Shown here one piece after another: positions 36,761-48,813 of a stretch of DNA of 64,000 nt (within the stretch, counting starts at the first letter, position 1; each line of letters opens with the position of its first letter). The notes below the pieces were generated by a model, which was not told the origin of the DNA, ran no database searches, and worked only from the letters and a program-made list of their open reading frames with translations. A program made the translations under genes and the position numbers. Source of the DNA: Marsupella aquatica (taxonomy: Eukaryota; Plantae; Marchantiophyta); NCBI GenBank assembly GCA_973895155.1, contig OZ316896.1, positions 4,531,925 through 4,595,924 on the forward strand. The letters run 5' to 3'.

Positions 36761-37789
36761 CTGAAACAACTTTTGGACAATAGGATAATACAGTGATACA
36801 ACTGTGATTACTGACCCGTACGGACAAGGAAATCCGAGGAAGCATAATCATTCATTTGTATTCATTCATGAACTTTACAATAATTCAGATGTTTGAGCTC
36901 TGTCATTGTGAAACTATTATATATTAGAAGTTTAGAGAATGATCCAGCTAAGATGATTCAATTTAGCAGTCTACTGGTTGTATTCGTCAATTAAAGGATT
37001 CAGTGTAATGAGATTCACATAACATGAGAGTTTATATGATTAAATTCACAGCGTGCAAGTTTGTAATGACTTACTTAAGACGATTCAGGTTGTATTTTAA
37101 TTAGTGAGTTTGTATGATTCACACATATTTGAGTTTACAAACAAACCGCATTATGAAAATTGTGCTTAACAATCAAGAGAAATTTTAGCAAACCACAATC
37201 AACACCAGCAGAAAATGTAGAAATTACACCTGAATTCTGAAAAATTGATGTAATCGTCTGAGAGATTGACGTCCAAGCACTTGAACACGTTGCTGCGGCA
37301 TTCCAAAAAGTAAATATAAGATTGAAGATATTAATATGCTAAGCAACAACAACACAGCTTCTATACTTCTATACATAGAGCTTCGCTGCCACCAATTGAA
37401 TAACATGTGCTTAATGCTAAGGAGCTCATTATGTCGAGTTAAAAAGACTCTTTCAGAAGTACAATCAAAGCTGTGGATAGGCAAACTTAGCATGAATAAA
37501 AGCGCACTAAACCTGAAGATTCAAAGAGGTGAAACAAACCTGAATGCTGAAACACGTTGATCGAGCTGATATGAGCTTAAAATTGGCTGACACGAGCTGA
37601 TACAAGCACTCCCAAAAAGCTAGCTCCAACGAACTAGCAAACTAGAAGTGAATACGAGCTGTAAATGCAAGCTGCAATGCGCCAACGAGCTCCTGGTCGA
37701 AACGATGGACAACTACTAAGAGCTGCAACACGCCGACAAGCACCTGACCACAACGAACGAGCTGCAACGACAAAAATGAAATCCAGGGC

Positions 37790-37865
37790 AGGAGCGAGAG
37801 CGAGAGCGACGAGAGCGAGAGCGAGAGCGACGAGAGCGAGAGCGAGAAACAACAACAATGAACAA
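37790..37865 (-). promoter_or_regulatory. (GCGAGA)n tract, putative promoter or 5' leader of the leftward cargo transcript
   Basis: The repeat is visible. The role is inferred from its pyrimidine-rich minus strand and from downstream minus-strand splice signals. Confidence 0.35.
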
Positions 37866-39264
37866 TGAACTCGAGACCGTGGGTGCCGACACTAAGGAAG
37901 GACTAATTAGGGTATTGTTTTAGCATAATCCTAATAACAGCCTAGCGACAGGAAGGTTCCAGATGATCTCCGTACACTCCACCATCGACTGAACAAACTA
38001 TGCAATCGTGAAAAAAAGATTACCGGATTCCTTTTGATTTTCTGTACTAAAGGAGATTTCTATTTGATGGCCAATTTGAAATTTAAACCGGTAATTATGC
38101 AACTGCGGATACGGATCTGCCAATTCAAATCCAAAATGTGAACGAACGACAACTTTCTCATGATCGTTCCATCACGTAGTGGAGGCAAACTTCAAAATCA
38201 TTCCATTTTGGTAGTGGAGACCGTTGGATCCGGATCCGTACTCCACTCTCTATCTTGCCAATTCAAACCCTTACTCTAAACAACGTAAAACGATTCTCAT
38301 GGTCGGGGAGAACCGATATTCAAAATCAATCCTGTACAATGATTCTCACGACTGGAGACTCAACCAATTTTCAAAATCAAAATCGAGTCCAGATGAACAC
38401 ATACTCCATGGAGTCAATAGACTGATCTCATTGCTCACGGATCATTCTTCATTTTCAGTTTCTCCTCACCAGGATACTAGTTGGGCTCTCAGCGGAGGCT
38501 GATCCAAGGCACATTTGAGGTGGAGCAGATTGGATCATTCGACTATTCCAGTCGGAGGCGGAGCTCATTCAAGCAATGTTGGCGCAGTTCTTGTTGTATC
38601 ACCTTCAATCTTGGGGAGAGCACATCCGATCAAGCGGGAGAGTTGCGACGAAGCGAGACGACAAACATTTAGAACCTCCATAGTCTGCCTCATTCATCGA
38701 AGCATTCTAGCGGACCAACAAAGAGCGGCTATTCTGAAATCACAGTCTGGTCGAGGATTTTGATCTTGATACGATCAACAAGTTGTCATTCTCTGGTGGT
38801 GGGATTCGATCACGATACTCAAGGAAATTGGAGTTCGAAGGAGGAGGCTTAGTTGGTTGGGACGAGGAGGGTACGCTGGAAGGAAGAGGCTTGGCTGGGA
38901 GGAGGGTTTCCGCCAACATCGGAGGGTTGCCGCCAACATTGCTGAGACCACATGCAACTGAATAACTTGTAAGTATCAATCAGCATTAATTCCACAATAA
39001 ATGAGGAGAGTAGTTGCCTTAAATCACGCATTCAATGCATGAATTGAGTCAATGAAGTTATGGACCAATTTCTCACTTCGAGTTTGATCAATCCATGTTT
39101 CAAGTCCAATACAGAAGCAATGTATCAGAAGTACTAGTAGAGGATCCGAATGAATTCTCTAGTCTATAATTGTATGGCGTACGCGTATAGTTGTCCGTAC
39201 GTTTTGCTATTGTTTATTGTAGTCGACGGCCTAGCAAAATGTAACGTAATCGAGGTCCATTTTT

Positions 39265-40150
39265 CAGATCTTCCTAATCTCAACTTGTTAGTAGGATGAC
39301 CTGTTTTTTGGTTACACATGCAGTTCGTCACGCGCACAGTCGCGTGAACCAATTTATCTCGTGTCTTTTGATATTGTTTATTGTAGTCGACAGCCTAGCG
39401 AATTGGCCAGAAATCTATTTTAAAACCAACGTCTTCGTTTCATCACGCGCACGGTCGCGTTAATGTTTTAGAGGTCAGCGAAAGTTCTGCACTCTTAGAC
39501 GTAATCACCCTTTATTTCAGAGATCTTCCTGATCTCAACTTGTTAGTAGGATGACCTGTTTTTTGGTTACACATGTAGTTCATCACGCGCACAGTCGCGT
39601 GAACCAATTTATCTCGTGTCTTTTGATAATGTTTATTGTAGTCGAAAGCCTAGAGAATTGGCCAGAAATCTATTTTGAAACCGAGTTCTGATTCACGCGA
39701 CCGGTCGCGTTAATGGTTTTGAGGTCAGCGAGAGCTCTGCACTCTTAGACGTAATCGCCCTTTATTTCTCAGATCTTTCTGATCTCAACTTGTTAGTAGG
39801 ATGACCTGTTTTTTGGGTTACACATGTAGTTCGTCACGCGCACAGTCGCGTGAACCAATTTATCTTGATATTGTTTATTGTAGTGGACTGCCCAGCGAAT
39901 TGGCCAGAAATATATTTTAAAACCGAGGTCTTCGTTTTATCACGCGCCCGGTCGCGTTAATGTTTTAGAGGTCAGCGAAAGCTCTGCACTCTTAGACGTA
40001 ATCGCCCTTTATTTCTCAGATCTGCCTGATCTCAACTTGTTAGTAGGATGACCTGTTTTTGGTTACACATGTAGTTCATCACGCGCACAGTCGCGTGAAC
40101 CAATTTATCTCAGGTCTTTCTGATATTGTTTATTGTAGTCGACAGCCTAG
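39265..40150. repeat. ~250-bp tandem repeat x3.5, two ACGCG-N6-CGCGT palindromes per unit
   Basis: TCTCAACTTGTTAGTAGGATGACCTG at ~39277, 39532, 39783 and 40030. Confidence 0.93.
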
Positions 40151-40359
40151 CAAATTGTCAGTTAGAGGAATCTCGATTTTTCCTTGATTGCAAAAATGGT
40201 TACATCGATCCCGAAGGACTTCGGATGTGGAATCCATATCCACTAGCACTATCCAGGAATTTAAGCTACACAGTATCTATAACAAGTTCTAACTTGAACT
40301 ACTCTTGAATCTGTAGTTCTAATCTTTGACTACTCAAAATATTGTTGACTTCGATCGAG

Positions 40360-40902
40360 TCAGTCATTCCAAGATGAAGGCATCCACTCATCGGTGTCTG
40401 GTGTGGATTCCCTTGAATCCAGAAATTCTTCCTTTGCCCAAGTCCTAACGTCCATAGATTTTCTCGGCTTGCTCTTTCTGTAATACAAATCAGAATCTTT
40501 GTTCATCTCTAATTGCCTTTTCTTCGGTGCGTCCACTTTCTTGGCCTCCTTCTTGATTGTCTTAGCGTCTGCTGCTGCTTCCCCCAAAATGGATTCGACG
40601 CATGCTCTGGCCTTCAACTTCTCCCCCCTCAAAACGGATTCCACGAGGGCTTTGCCCTTTAACTTCTCCCCTGATGCCATCTTTGTAGTCATCTCTGTCG
40701 GATTGGTCTCCATCTGATCTTCCATCGACAAATGTGGCAAACAATGTCGTCTCTCACAAAACATCTAACCCGATTTAGTCACCGTAAACATTATATTACA
40801 TCGCTGACACATTCTGTAAGGAGTACCACAAATTCGATACGTCGAACCTTCTGAATCATCCGTCGAAACATCCTCATTCTTTGAGCTCAGCGAAGTAGTC
40901 AT
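40360..40902 (-). pseudogene. Small cargo ORF with a possible Cys4 zinc ribbon and a basic/acidic tail
   Basis: ATG 40902 gives ...MCQRCNIMFTVTKSG*MFCERRHC..., in frame with ORF 40360-40764 across one TAG. Confidence 0.55.
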
Positions 40903-41376
40903 CGCCCTTCAAACAAGAGATGCTGACCGAGACTAAGAATTGGAAATGAGAGAGCTGATGTGCGAATAGATTATCCAGTAGCCAGAAAGTGGAATGCGTG
41001 GGGGAATGAGCAATAGAGATCATCTCAATGCTTTATACTGTTTAGTCTCCACTAGTCATTGTACATAGTGGTTTCTAGAAGAGGGTGCGTGTTTGACTGG
41101 CGCGTATTAGAATTGGCGGGAATTTCAGTTGTCCTCTAATTATGACTGTAATTTCATGTTTGGTGACCGCCCTGGGAATACTGATTGCTAGTGAAGTACT
41201 GAGATTTCTTATGAAGGTCAATAGTTACTGACTGTCCGGTGTCCACTCATTTGTAAACTAGTACTGTCCACTCATTTTTCCTGAGTGGAGTTGAAATGAT
41301 TGTTCGTAATCGATTGTAGTCGTTCTCACACTTGAAATGACTAACGGACCATGCATTATCTTTACCGGTATGTGTG

Positions 41377-41840
41377 ATGCCTTTAGATCCGTAATTTATC
41401 TTCCTGTCACGCGCGCAATCGTATCTTACTTATGAAGTACCAATTACGAGCTAGAGTTTGGGCCTAGCCTTCTAGCTTCTACGTCGTAGACCCTGTACCC
41501 TCTGACTAAGGTCACGCGACATGCCTTTAGATCCGTAATTGTATCTTCCTGTCTCACGCGCAATCGTATCTTACTTATGAAGTACCAATTACGAGCTAGA
41601 GTTTGGGCCTAGCCTTCTAGCTTCTACGTCGTAGACCCTGTTATCCCTACACCCTCTGACTAAGGTCACGCGACATGCCTTTAGATCCGTAATTGTATCT
41701 TCCTGTCTCACGCGCAATCGTATCTTACTTATGAAGTACCAAGTACGAGCTAGAGTTTGGGCCTAGCCTTCTAGCTTCTATGTCGTAGACCCTGTTATCC
41801 CTACACCCTCTGACTAAGGTCACGCGACTAGTCGCGTGCA
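41377..41840. repeat. ~145-155-bp tandem repeat x3 upstream of the transposase, ending in the perfect palindrome CACGCGACTAGTCGCGTG
   Basis: ATGCCTTTAGATCCGTAAT at ~41377, 41521 and 41675; palindrome at 41821-41838. Confidence 0.9.
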
Positions 41841-42204
41841 GGGCAGTGCATTGACTACATTCTGCCTACTTATTGACGGTTGTGACAGGACAATGCAGTT
41901 CACGGACGTTTTACTGGCGCTTATTAGCACTACTGTCCTCAGTAGTTACTGACTGTCCACTCATTTGTTCTGAGTGGATGTGAAATGATTGATCGTAATC
42001 GATTGTGGTCATTCTCATTCATTTGACATCACTGACGGACCATGCATAGTCTGTTGCCGGTATGTGTGGTACCTCTAGGGTCACACGACCAGTCGCGTGC
42101 AGCGCAGTGCATTGACTACATTATGCTTATTGACCGACGTGACAGGACAGTGGAGTGAAATTGACGGACGTGACAGGACTATACGCTTACAGTGATATTC
42201 TCTG

Positions 42205-45200
42205 ATGTGCAGGATCATAATTATTATGGTGACATCGACAGTCTGGATCAGGGAAGGCGGACAAGTAATTATAGGCATATGTGAGAAACAGGTTGAAAAA
42301 GGTCGCGTGATAAGTCTTGATCCTTCCAGGGTTTGTCACAATGTTCCTCTTGGGGCGGACAGAGTTCTTCTTCTATTGGAGGAAGTTTTTGACGAGACCA
42401 TTCTATGCGAAGATGGCAAACTTTTGAAGGACATGATTGGGGGTTACCTTGTATGGGAAAGGAATCAGCTTTTTTGAGCTCCCATGGAATCGGAGGATGT
42501 GTTTGGCACTGTTGGTGATGATCAAGATCTAGTCAATCAAAATTCTGATGGGAACAACCATAATGAGAGTCGGTCTGGTGTGGAAGTAATTTTACCAAAG
42601 GCCTTGTGGATGGGCATGCCTGTAAAGGTGGTGGATGAGAACAAGTTGATATTTGCAGTGGCAACTATACATGTTCTAGATCCTATAGTCAAGCTTGGGG
42701 ATGTCACCCTTGGGAATACACATGTGGGAATTCTGATCAACGATTTTGTCGAGGGAGCTACCATAGATCACCTGAAGCATAGAGATTGCTTAAAATCTGT
42801 GGGAGGGAACACATCTCCAACAAGTGGCAAGCGGTCCTACGTCCATAAAAGTAGGAAAAGAAAGAGTCCATCTTCCCAGACATCTAGAAGAGACACATCT
42901 TTGGCACGTCAAGATGTGTTGTTGATAAACACTAAGGACTGTTGTAGTGAACATTGTTGCCAATATTTGGACCGCAACTTGGCTATGGCAATTAGGCAAA
43001 AGTGGTGGTCAAAATCTTTTGCGGAGCGCAAGGAGGAGGAAATCAAGGCTATTAAAAATACAATACACTTGGGTACTGGAGAAAGGATTCTAGCAGTGGA
43101 GGGCAAAGTATTGTGCTTGGAGGCATGGAGAATCATTCATTCAAGAGGAAAGACTCAATTTTATGCCTTGAAGAAGACTGTGATGGCTGGAATGAACATA
43201 GGTACCCATGGTAATGCTGGAAAAAGGCGTATGTCCGAGAAAGTATCTCAAGCGTTCATGTCAATGAAAGAGATTATTGAGGAGGCAGCTGATCATCATC
43301 CAGCCAAGTTGAGAACCATGGCAGATAATACAAGGATGGTTTTGAGGGAATTGCCAACAAATCTTACTTGGGAGAATATTAGAAACAGGGTTAATGTTGT
43401 CAACCAGGAGGCTGGTCTTCCTCCAATTTCCCAACCCACCTTGAGTCATCTACATCAGATGTATTTCAGGGAGTTCTCACGTCACAAAAAGGGCAACAAC
43501 TTTTCAAAGTGTACAACTTGTAGTGAGTTGCTTCAACGGAAAGCAAACCTTACAGGAGCTAAGGAAGAGTTAGAGGGCCTAAGGCGTGACGAGGAGGAAC
43601 ATCACCAAGACCACACACAACAAAGAATGTGCTATCATACCTGGAGATATGAGTCCATCCATCGTCCAAAGGAAGTGTTATGCCTTATTCATGATAAGAT
43701 GGATCATTCAAAGACAACTCTCCCAAGAATGCCCTTCAATCCTAAGCATGTGGATGGTGCCCAAAAGTTCCCAATTACTGTCACTGGTATCCTTACTCAT
43801 GGTCATGGTCCCAAGGCCATAGCCCAATATCATGTTGGAGTGTGGCCAGGTGATGTCAACATCACTATTGGGTCAATTGATTCAATACTAAGGATGTTGG
43901 AAAACCCAAATCCAATGATCAAATCACTTGTGGAGGGGCCAGACTCGACAAGTCTTTTTAAAGACCTCCTTTTGGGGAGAGCAGATATCTTGGAGGCAAG
44001 TGTCCTTAGAGCATTTGAGGATGACATTGCCTACATCTCAAGCCTAGGTACTTTACTCACAATCCTTTAATTTATTATTATTTAATAATATAAGCTCACA
44101 CACACTGACACTCTACTTTGTGTAGTTGTTGTTCCTCCTAGCCAAGGTTTCATTAATAGGGTTTAAACCCTAAACCCTAAATTGGGGTTTAGGGTCTGAC
44201 TAGGGTTTTATTTAAAAGCATTCTGAGATTGTTACATTGTGATGCAGCACCTGAGGCACCAAAGTTCAGGCCCCTTCCACGAGTATTGAAGCTACAACTG
44301 GATAATTGTGCCTCAGACAACAAGAACAGATATATGATGGCTTATTTGTCATTGTTGACGGCAAGGGAGGTGTTTGAAGAGGTTCATCTTGGTTTTATGG
44401 TGGTTGGGCATACTCATGAGGACGTTGACGGTATGTTCGCGCATTTTTCAGAGTCTATGATGCATAACCCCACATACTCATTGCCTGAGTTAATGTACTT
44501 GTTCATGAGAGCAAGGACACCCAATGCAGTCCCACATTTTCTACAGGAGGTCCCAGATTTCAAAAACTACTTAGCTCCATTCATGTTGAAGGGCCCTGAG
44601 GCATTGGTGGGGCATTTAAAACCCAGGCTGTTTAGGTTCTATGTTCGTCATGATAGTATGCCATGCTTCCAATACAAAATGAAGTCAACTGATCAGGGAT
44701 GGTTACCCAAGGAAGGTATTGAAATGTGGTCATGGAAAGATGACAAAAGTCCTCACATCCCAATTGGGGTGCCCAAACGGCTACCAATGATGGAGTTGAA
44801 AATGCTTCCTGAAGTGCTGACAGGGTTGAAGAAGCATGTGTCATTCTTTGAGTTTATTCTAAAGCGAACAAAAGAGGAAGAACCAAAGCGACATTGGACA
44901 ACTCTCATCAATTATTGGAATGACATTGTAGATACTCTACAGGGTGAGCAGGTGCAACATGAACCTGAAGGTGCACACAACTTGGAATACGGGTTTTGGC
45001 CTTTATCAATATGGAGAGAGCACGTTCCACCAGAATATCGAAATGTGGCATGTGAGTTGGAGGCAATAGTGGATTATGTGGGACCAGCAAAAGATAAACC
45101 TCCTGAGAGTTTTAACCCTAGGGTTGATGTTGTGAAGGGCTGTTATGTGTTGGTACGGCCGGACGACTCAGACCTGGATGTTTATCCCGTCCATATGGGG

Positions 45201-45536
45201 TTAGTTGTTACAAATGTGGTAGAAGGACCAGTGAATGAACAAAACCTTCTTACTCATGTATGTGGCGTTGAGTGGTTTAGACCATTTATGGCAAAGAAGC
45301 AACGTGGTCAATCAGACTGGCAGCCAAGAGAGCGGTGGGCAGATTCTTGGGATAAGAAATGGGAACGTGATCCATCTCCAATATACAAGGAAGCTGAGAC
45401 AATAGATGTTTCCTCTGCCTTGTGGTGTTTCAAAGCACGCAAAGGACCAATGACAGGGCTGGTAGGAATTCCAAAGAATGTTGCTGTCAAGGCAAGAGAC
45501 TATCTCTTGACATGCATAGCAAGTGACAAATCCTAG
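42205..45536 (+). CDS. Sola1/DUF7869-like DDD transposase (spliced, one premature TGA at 42475)
   Basis: DCCSEHCC and CTTC cysteine motifs; acidic triad IHDKMD / LQLDNCASDNKN / GHTHEDVD; intron at ~44048-44247. ORF 42205-42477 is in frame with 42484. The C-terminal beta-barrel-like region GCYVLVRP...CGVEWFRP resembles Tudor/BAH-type domains. Confidence 0.8.
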
Positions 45537-45629
45537 ACAGTAATGAAGCATGTAGTTTAGCATACAGTTTAAAAGGCAACTCAGAATAGTAGTAGCCAGA
45601 GAACTCAAGTTTAGACAAGTCTTATCGTC

Positions 45630-46210
45630 TAAGTTAGTTAGTTGGTTAGTTTATTTAAGATATAATATTAGTTAGTGGGGCCTTAGTTTGGTGATATTAA
45701 GGCATGATATTATTGACATTCAAATGAATGTCCAGTAGACATTGTAATATACAACAATCCTATTAATAAATAATAATTATAGTTACACCCTCAAGTGAAC
45801 TCAACTTTCAATGATTTCTGATTTTATATGGTTCCATGCCTGATTGAGTCAAAGCAATAGAAACTAACTAATTAAAGGGTGATACTATAATTGTAGGTCA
45901 CGCACCCTGGTGCGTGTCAATCTTTTTTGTATTCAACCCTATAGTAATTAAATAGACAAGTTAGTTAGTTGGTTAGTTTATTTAAGATATAATATTAGTT
46001 AGTGGGCCCTTAGTTTGGTGATATTAAGGCATGAAATTATTGACATTCAAATGAATGTCCAGTAGACATTGTAATATACAACAATCCTATTAATTGTTGT
46101 AAAGAAACTAATTAATTAAAGGGTGGTACTTACTATGATTGTAGGTCACACACCCTGGTGCGTGTCAATCTTTTTTGTATTCAACCCTATAATAATTAAA
46201 TAGACAATTG
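45630..46210. repeat. Subterminal ~250-320-bp direct duplication containing CACGCACCCTGGTGCGTG
   Basis: AAGTTAGTTAGTTGGTTAGTTTATTTAAG at ~45631 and ~45958. Confidence 0.88.
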
Positions 46211-46428
46211 AAACAATGAATGATAGTTTAATTAAGGATTTGTGCATGGATCAAGAGGTACTTCATGTCATTTAGTGATGCATTGTTATAAAGATCTTGC
46301 AACAAAACATTCGAAGTTTTTGACTATCCCACCAAATGTTAAAGAGGTTGATCATTCATTAACTAATAATATTTAGATAAAATTGGAATTAATCTAATAC
46401 TTCAGTATTCCTTAAATTGGGGTTCTTG

Positions 46429-48147
46429 CGCCTTTTCTTCAATGGAGGCCCACAATATGGATCATGAATGAGCCCATCTCTTATCAAAGCTGGTAGATGG
46501 GACTCATAAGTTTTTTTGTATGACTCTGTGCTGTAGTAGGGCGAGACAAAATCATAGTGACATTTTCGTAGTCGAGTCATTGCTCGCCATGCATGTATGC
46601 AAGGCAACAATGTATCCTGAAAATCACCACAATTGCATGACCAAGGTAGCTCTAGGTGCACTATGTACTGCCTGTTGGAGTTATCAGTGATTCGGACCTC
46701 AGGATCATGGGAAGGATGTGCAATTAAACGACCAGCTTTTTCTTCCACCTTATTCAATGCTTCCATGATGTTTGGTGGGAAGGGAGTTGTAATACTATCA
46801 GCAAGCTCTCGCTTCTCAAAAAATTTCACCATCATGTAATCCCAGATCTGGCATGACATATTCAATGTCACTTCTTGCTGTCACTTGAGGTTTCAATGCC
46901 CTATTACTACTCTCTGCTTGCTGCGAGGTTTCATGTCCCCACCTACAAGAACATTTCAAGTGCATCCAGTCAAGCAATCATCTGTGTAACACATACAGTC
47001 AAATGAACAAATATGAATTGTATCTCCACAAGAGTCCATTGTGTTAGAGAGATAGTGTGTAAACTGACCTTCTAGATGGGAAGTATGCTCGAGAGTAGAA
47101 CTTTGGCTCAGCTGTTTTTTGAATGTACTTTGCTGCTGCTTTATTCTTCTCCTCGATTTGCTTCAACCGTGCTTCATATTTTTCTGGAGTGACAGCATAT
47201 GGAAGTGCTTCAAACAACTTCCGAACCTCCTTGCCAAAATGCTTGTGTACATTCTCCCCAAGATGCCACGTACAGTAGGCAGGATGTCCACAAGGAAAAA
47301 CTTGTGGCACACCATCAGTAAGTCCTTTCTCTCGATCAGAAATAAAAACTACTCCTGGAAGAGACAAATCTGGAATTGCATCTTTTAGCAAATTTAGAAA
47401 GACCAGCCAATTTGCCTCATTTTCCGAGGGCACCCAAGAATATGCAAGCAAGATGACTGTGCTATTAGCATCCAATGTTGTGGCCAGTAAGAGAATTCCA
47501 GGATACATGCATCTTGTGTGAGTTTCATCTAATGCAATCATGGGCCTACAATGATGAAATGCTTCCCTAGATGCAGAAGGGCACACAAATAACATGTCAA
47601 GATGGCCATTGGGTGCCCTATACTTAGCAACTGCTGTGGGGTCTCTCTCAAGGATATGATGACAATGTGTTGGAATAAGATGAAATGAGTCTGTTTCATC
47701 TCCATCAAGTCGCTTCAAGCATCGATGCTTGGCAGCATACGCTGTGTGGTATTTTATGTTGGGATGCACCCAGGCCTGAGCAGTATCTCGGATGGTGGAA
47801 GGTCGAGTTTGCCAATTTTTGAGAATTATGTCCATGATTTTGTCTGCAAGCCTATCAGAACTGCTATGCATTCTCCTCTTATAATGGTCTGCCCACTCAC
47901 AAGTGTGCTGCAGACATGTTTTGGTGATGGTAATAGTCTCTGTTCTGCATTTTTTGGTAGCTCTCAACCTCCAAGGACAACTATTCTGTTTACATCCGAT
48001 CTTCCATTTATATTCATCCTTCTTGTGGGTGACCAAAAGTCTCTCAGAGGATACACCTTCATCCACAATTAACTTCTTAAGGTCTTTCCAAGTTTCAAAT
48101 GTTCCCCCTGTCTCCAATTCTATGCCTGCCTGAGGTTGAGACATCAT
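46429..48147 (-). pseudogene. MuDR/MULE transposase with SWIM finger, interrupted and frameshifted
   Basis: GCKQNSCPWRLRA...HTC; IALDETH; FISDREKGL; CTWHL; TSQQAESSN after an intron at ~46945-47068; SWIM motif CNCGDFQDTLLPCIH. Confidence 0.93.
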
Positions 48148-48813
48148 AAATAGCCTGCAGACAGCAATTTGTAGACTGAATTTCCAGGCAACACAATATA
48201 TGAAATCAGAATCAAATATCACAACACATGGCAATTGAGAGTTGTGGATTCCAAGTTCACACCTGATAATGTGATGGCTGCCTTCCTTCTTTTGCTGTCG
48301 TTCCACTCTTTGGCCCTCAACCTCAACCGAGCCCTGTATGCATAAACGTTATGAGGGGACAAGAGCTCTTCTATCATGAAAACGGGGCTGCCAATGACCA
48401 CGCACTTCAGCCAAGCAGGATGGACTCTCCCTTGCTCAGCGACTCTCCCTTGCTGAGTAACTCTACCTCGCTCAGCTTTTGCGCCCACACCTGATCCGTC
48501 TATGGCATTCTCCCTCGCATTGTGCCACCATCCATCGCTCTCGTCGCCTACACTTTACCTTTCCCTTCCACATTTGGCACTTGCCTGTACCCTTTGCCTT
48601 TTCCTTCTACATTTGGCAGTCGCCCTCCCTTTGCCTTTCCCTTCCACACTCGGCACTGAACTCGGACAGCGGCTAAAAAAAACCGGCAACAAAGGCGAGC
48701 TAATTCTTCGAGAAAAATGAGGGCTGCGACTGCCCCGATGGTTGTGATTCGTGCCCCAGTCGCGAGTACTTTGGTTTAGGTTCAGGCCCCAGCCCCAGTC
48801 CCGAGTACTTCAG

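Larger units (their letters stand above)
25238..46424 (+). mobile_element. Giant (21,187 bp) Sola1/DUF7869-like DNA transposon with multi-gene cargo
   Basis: Perfect 17-bp TIR AACCCCAATTTAAGGAA at both ends. 4-bp TSD CTTG at 25234-25237 and 46425-46428. Removing it restores the MuDR reading frame (KKRRKGRS). It encodes its own DDD transposase. Confidence 0.92.

Noticed and set aside
38100-38979. Possible additional minus-strand cargo gene
   Set aside because: Many stops in all frames and no recognisable motif, so it cannot be supported.
36165-41840. CRISPR-like appearance of recurring palindromes
   Set aside because: The intervening sequences are themselves repeated rather than unique spacers, there are no cas genes, and the context is eukaryotic.
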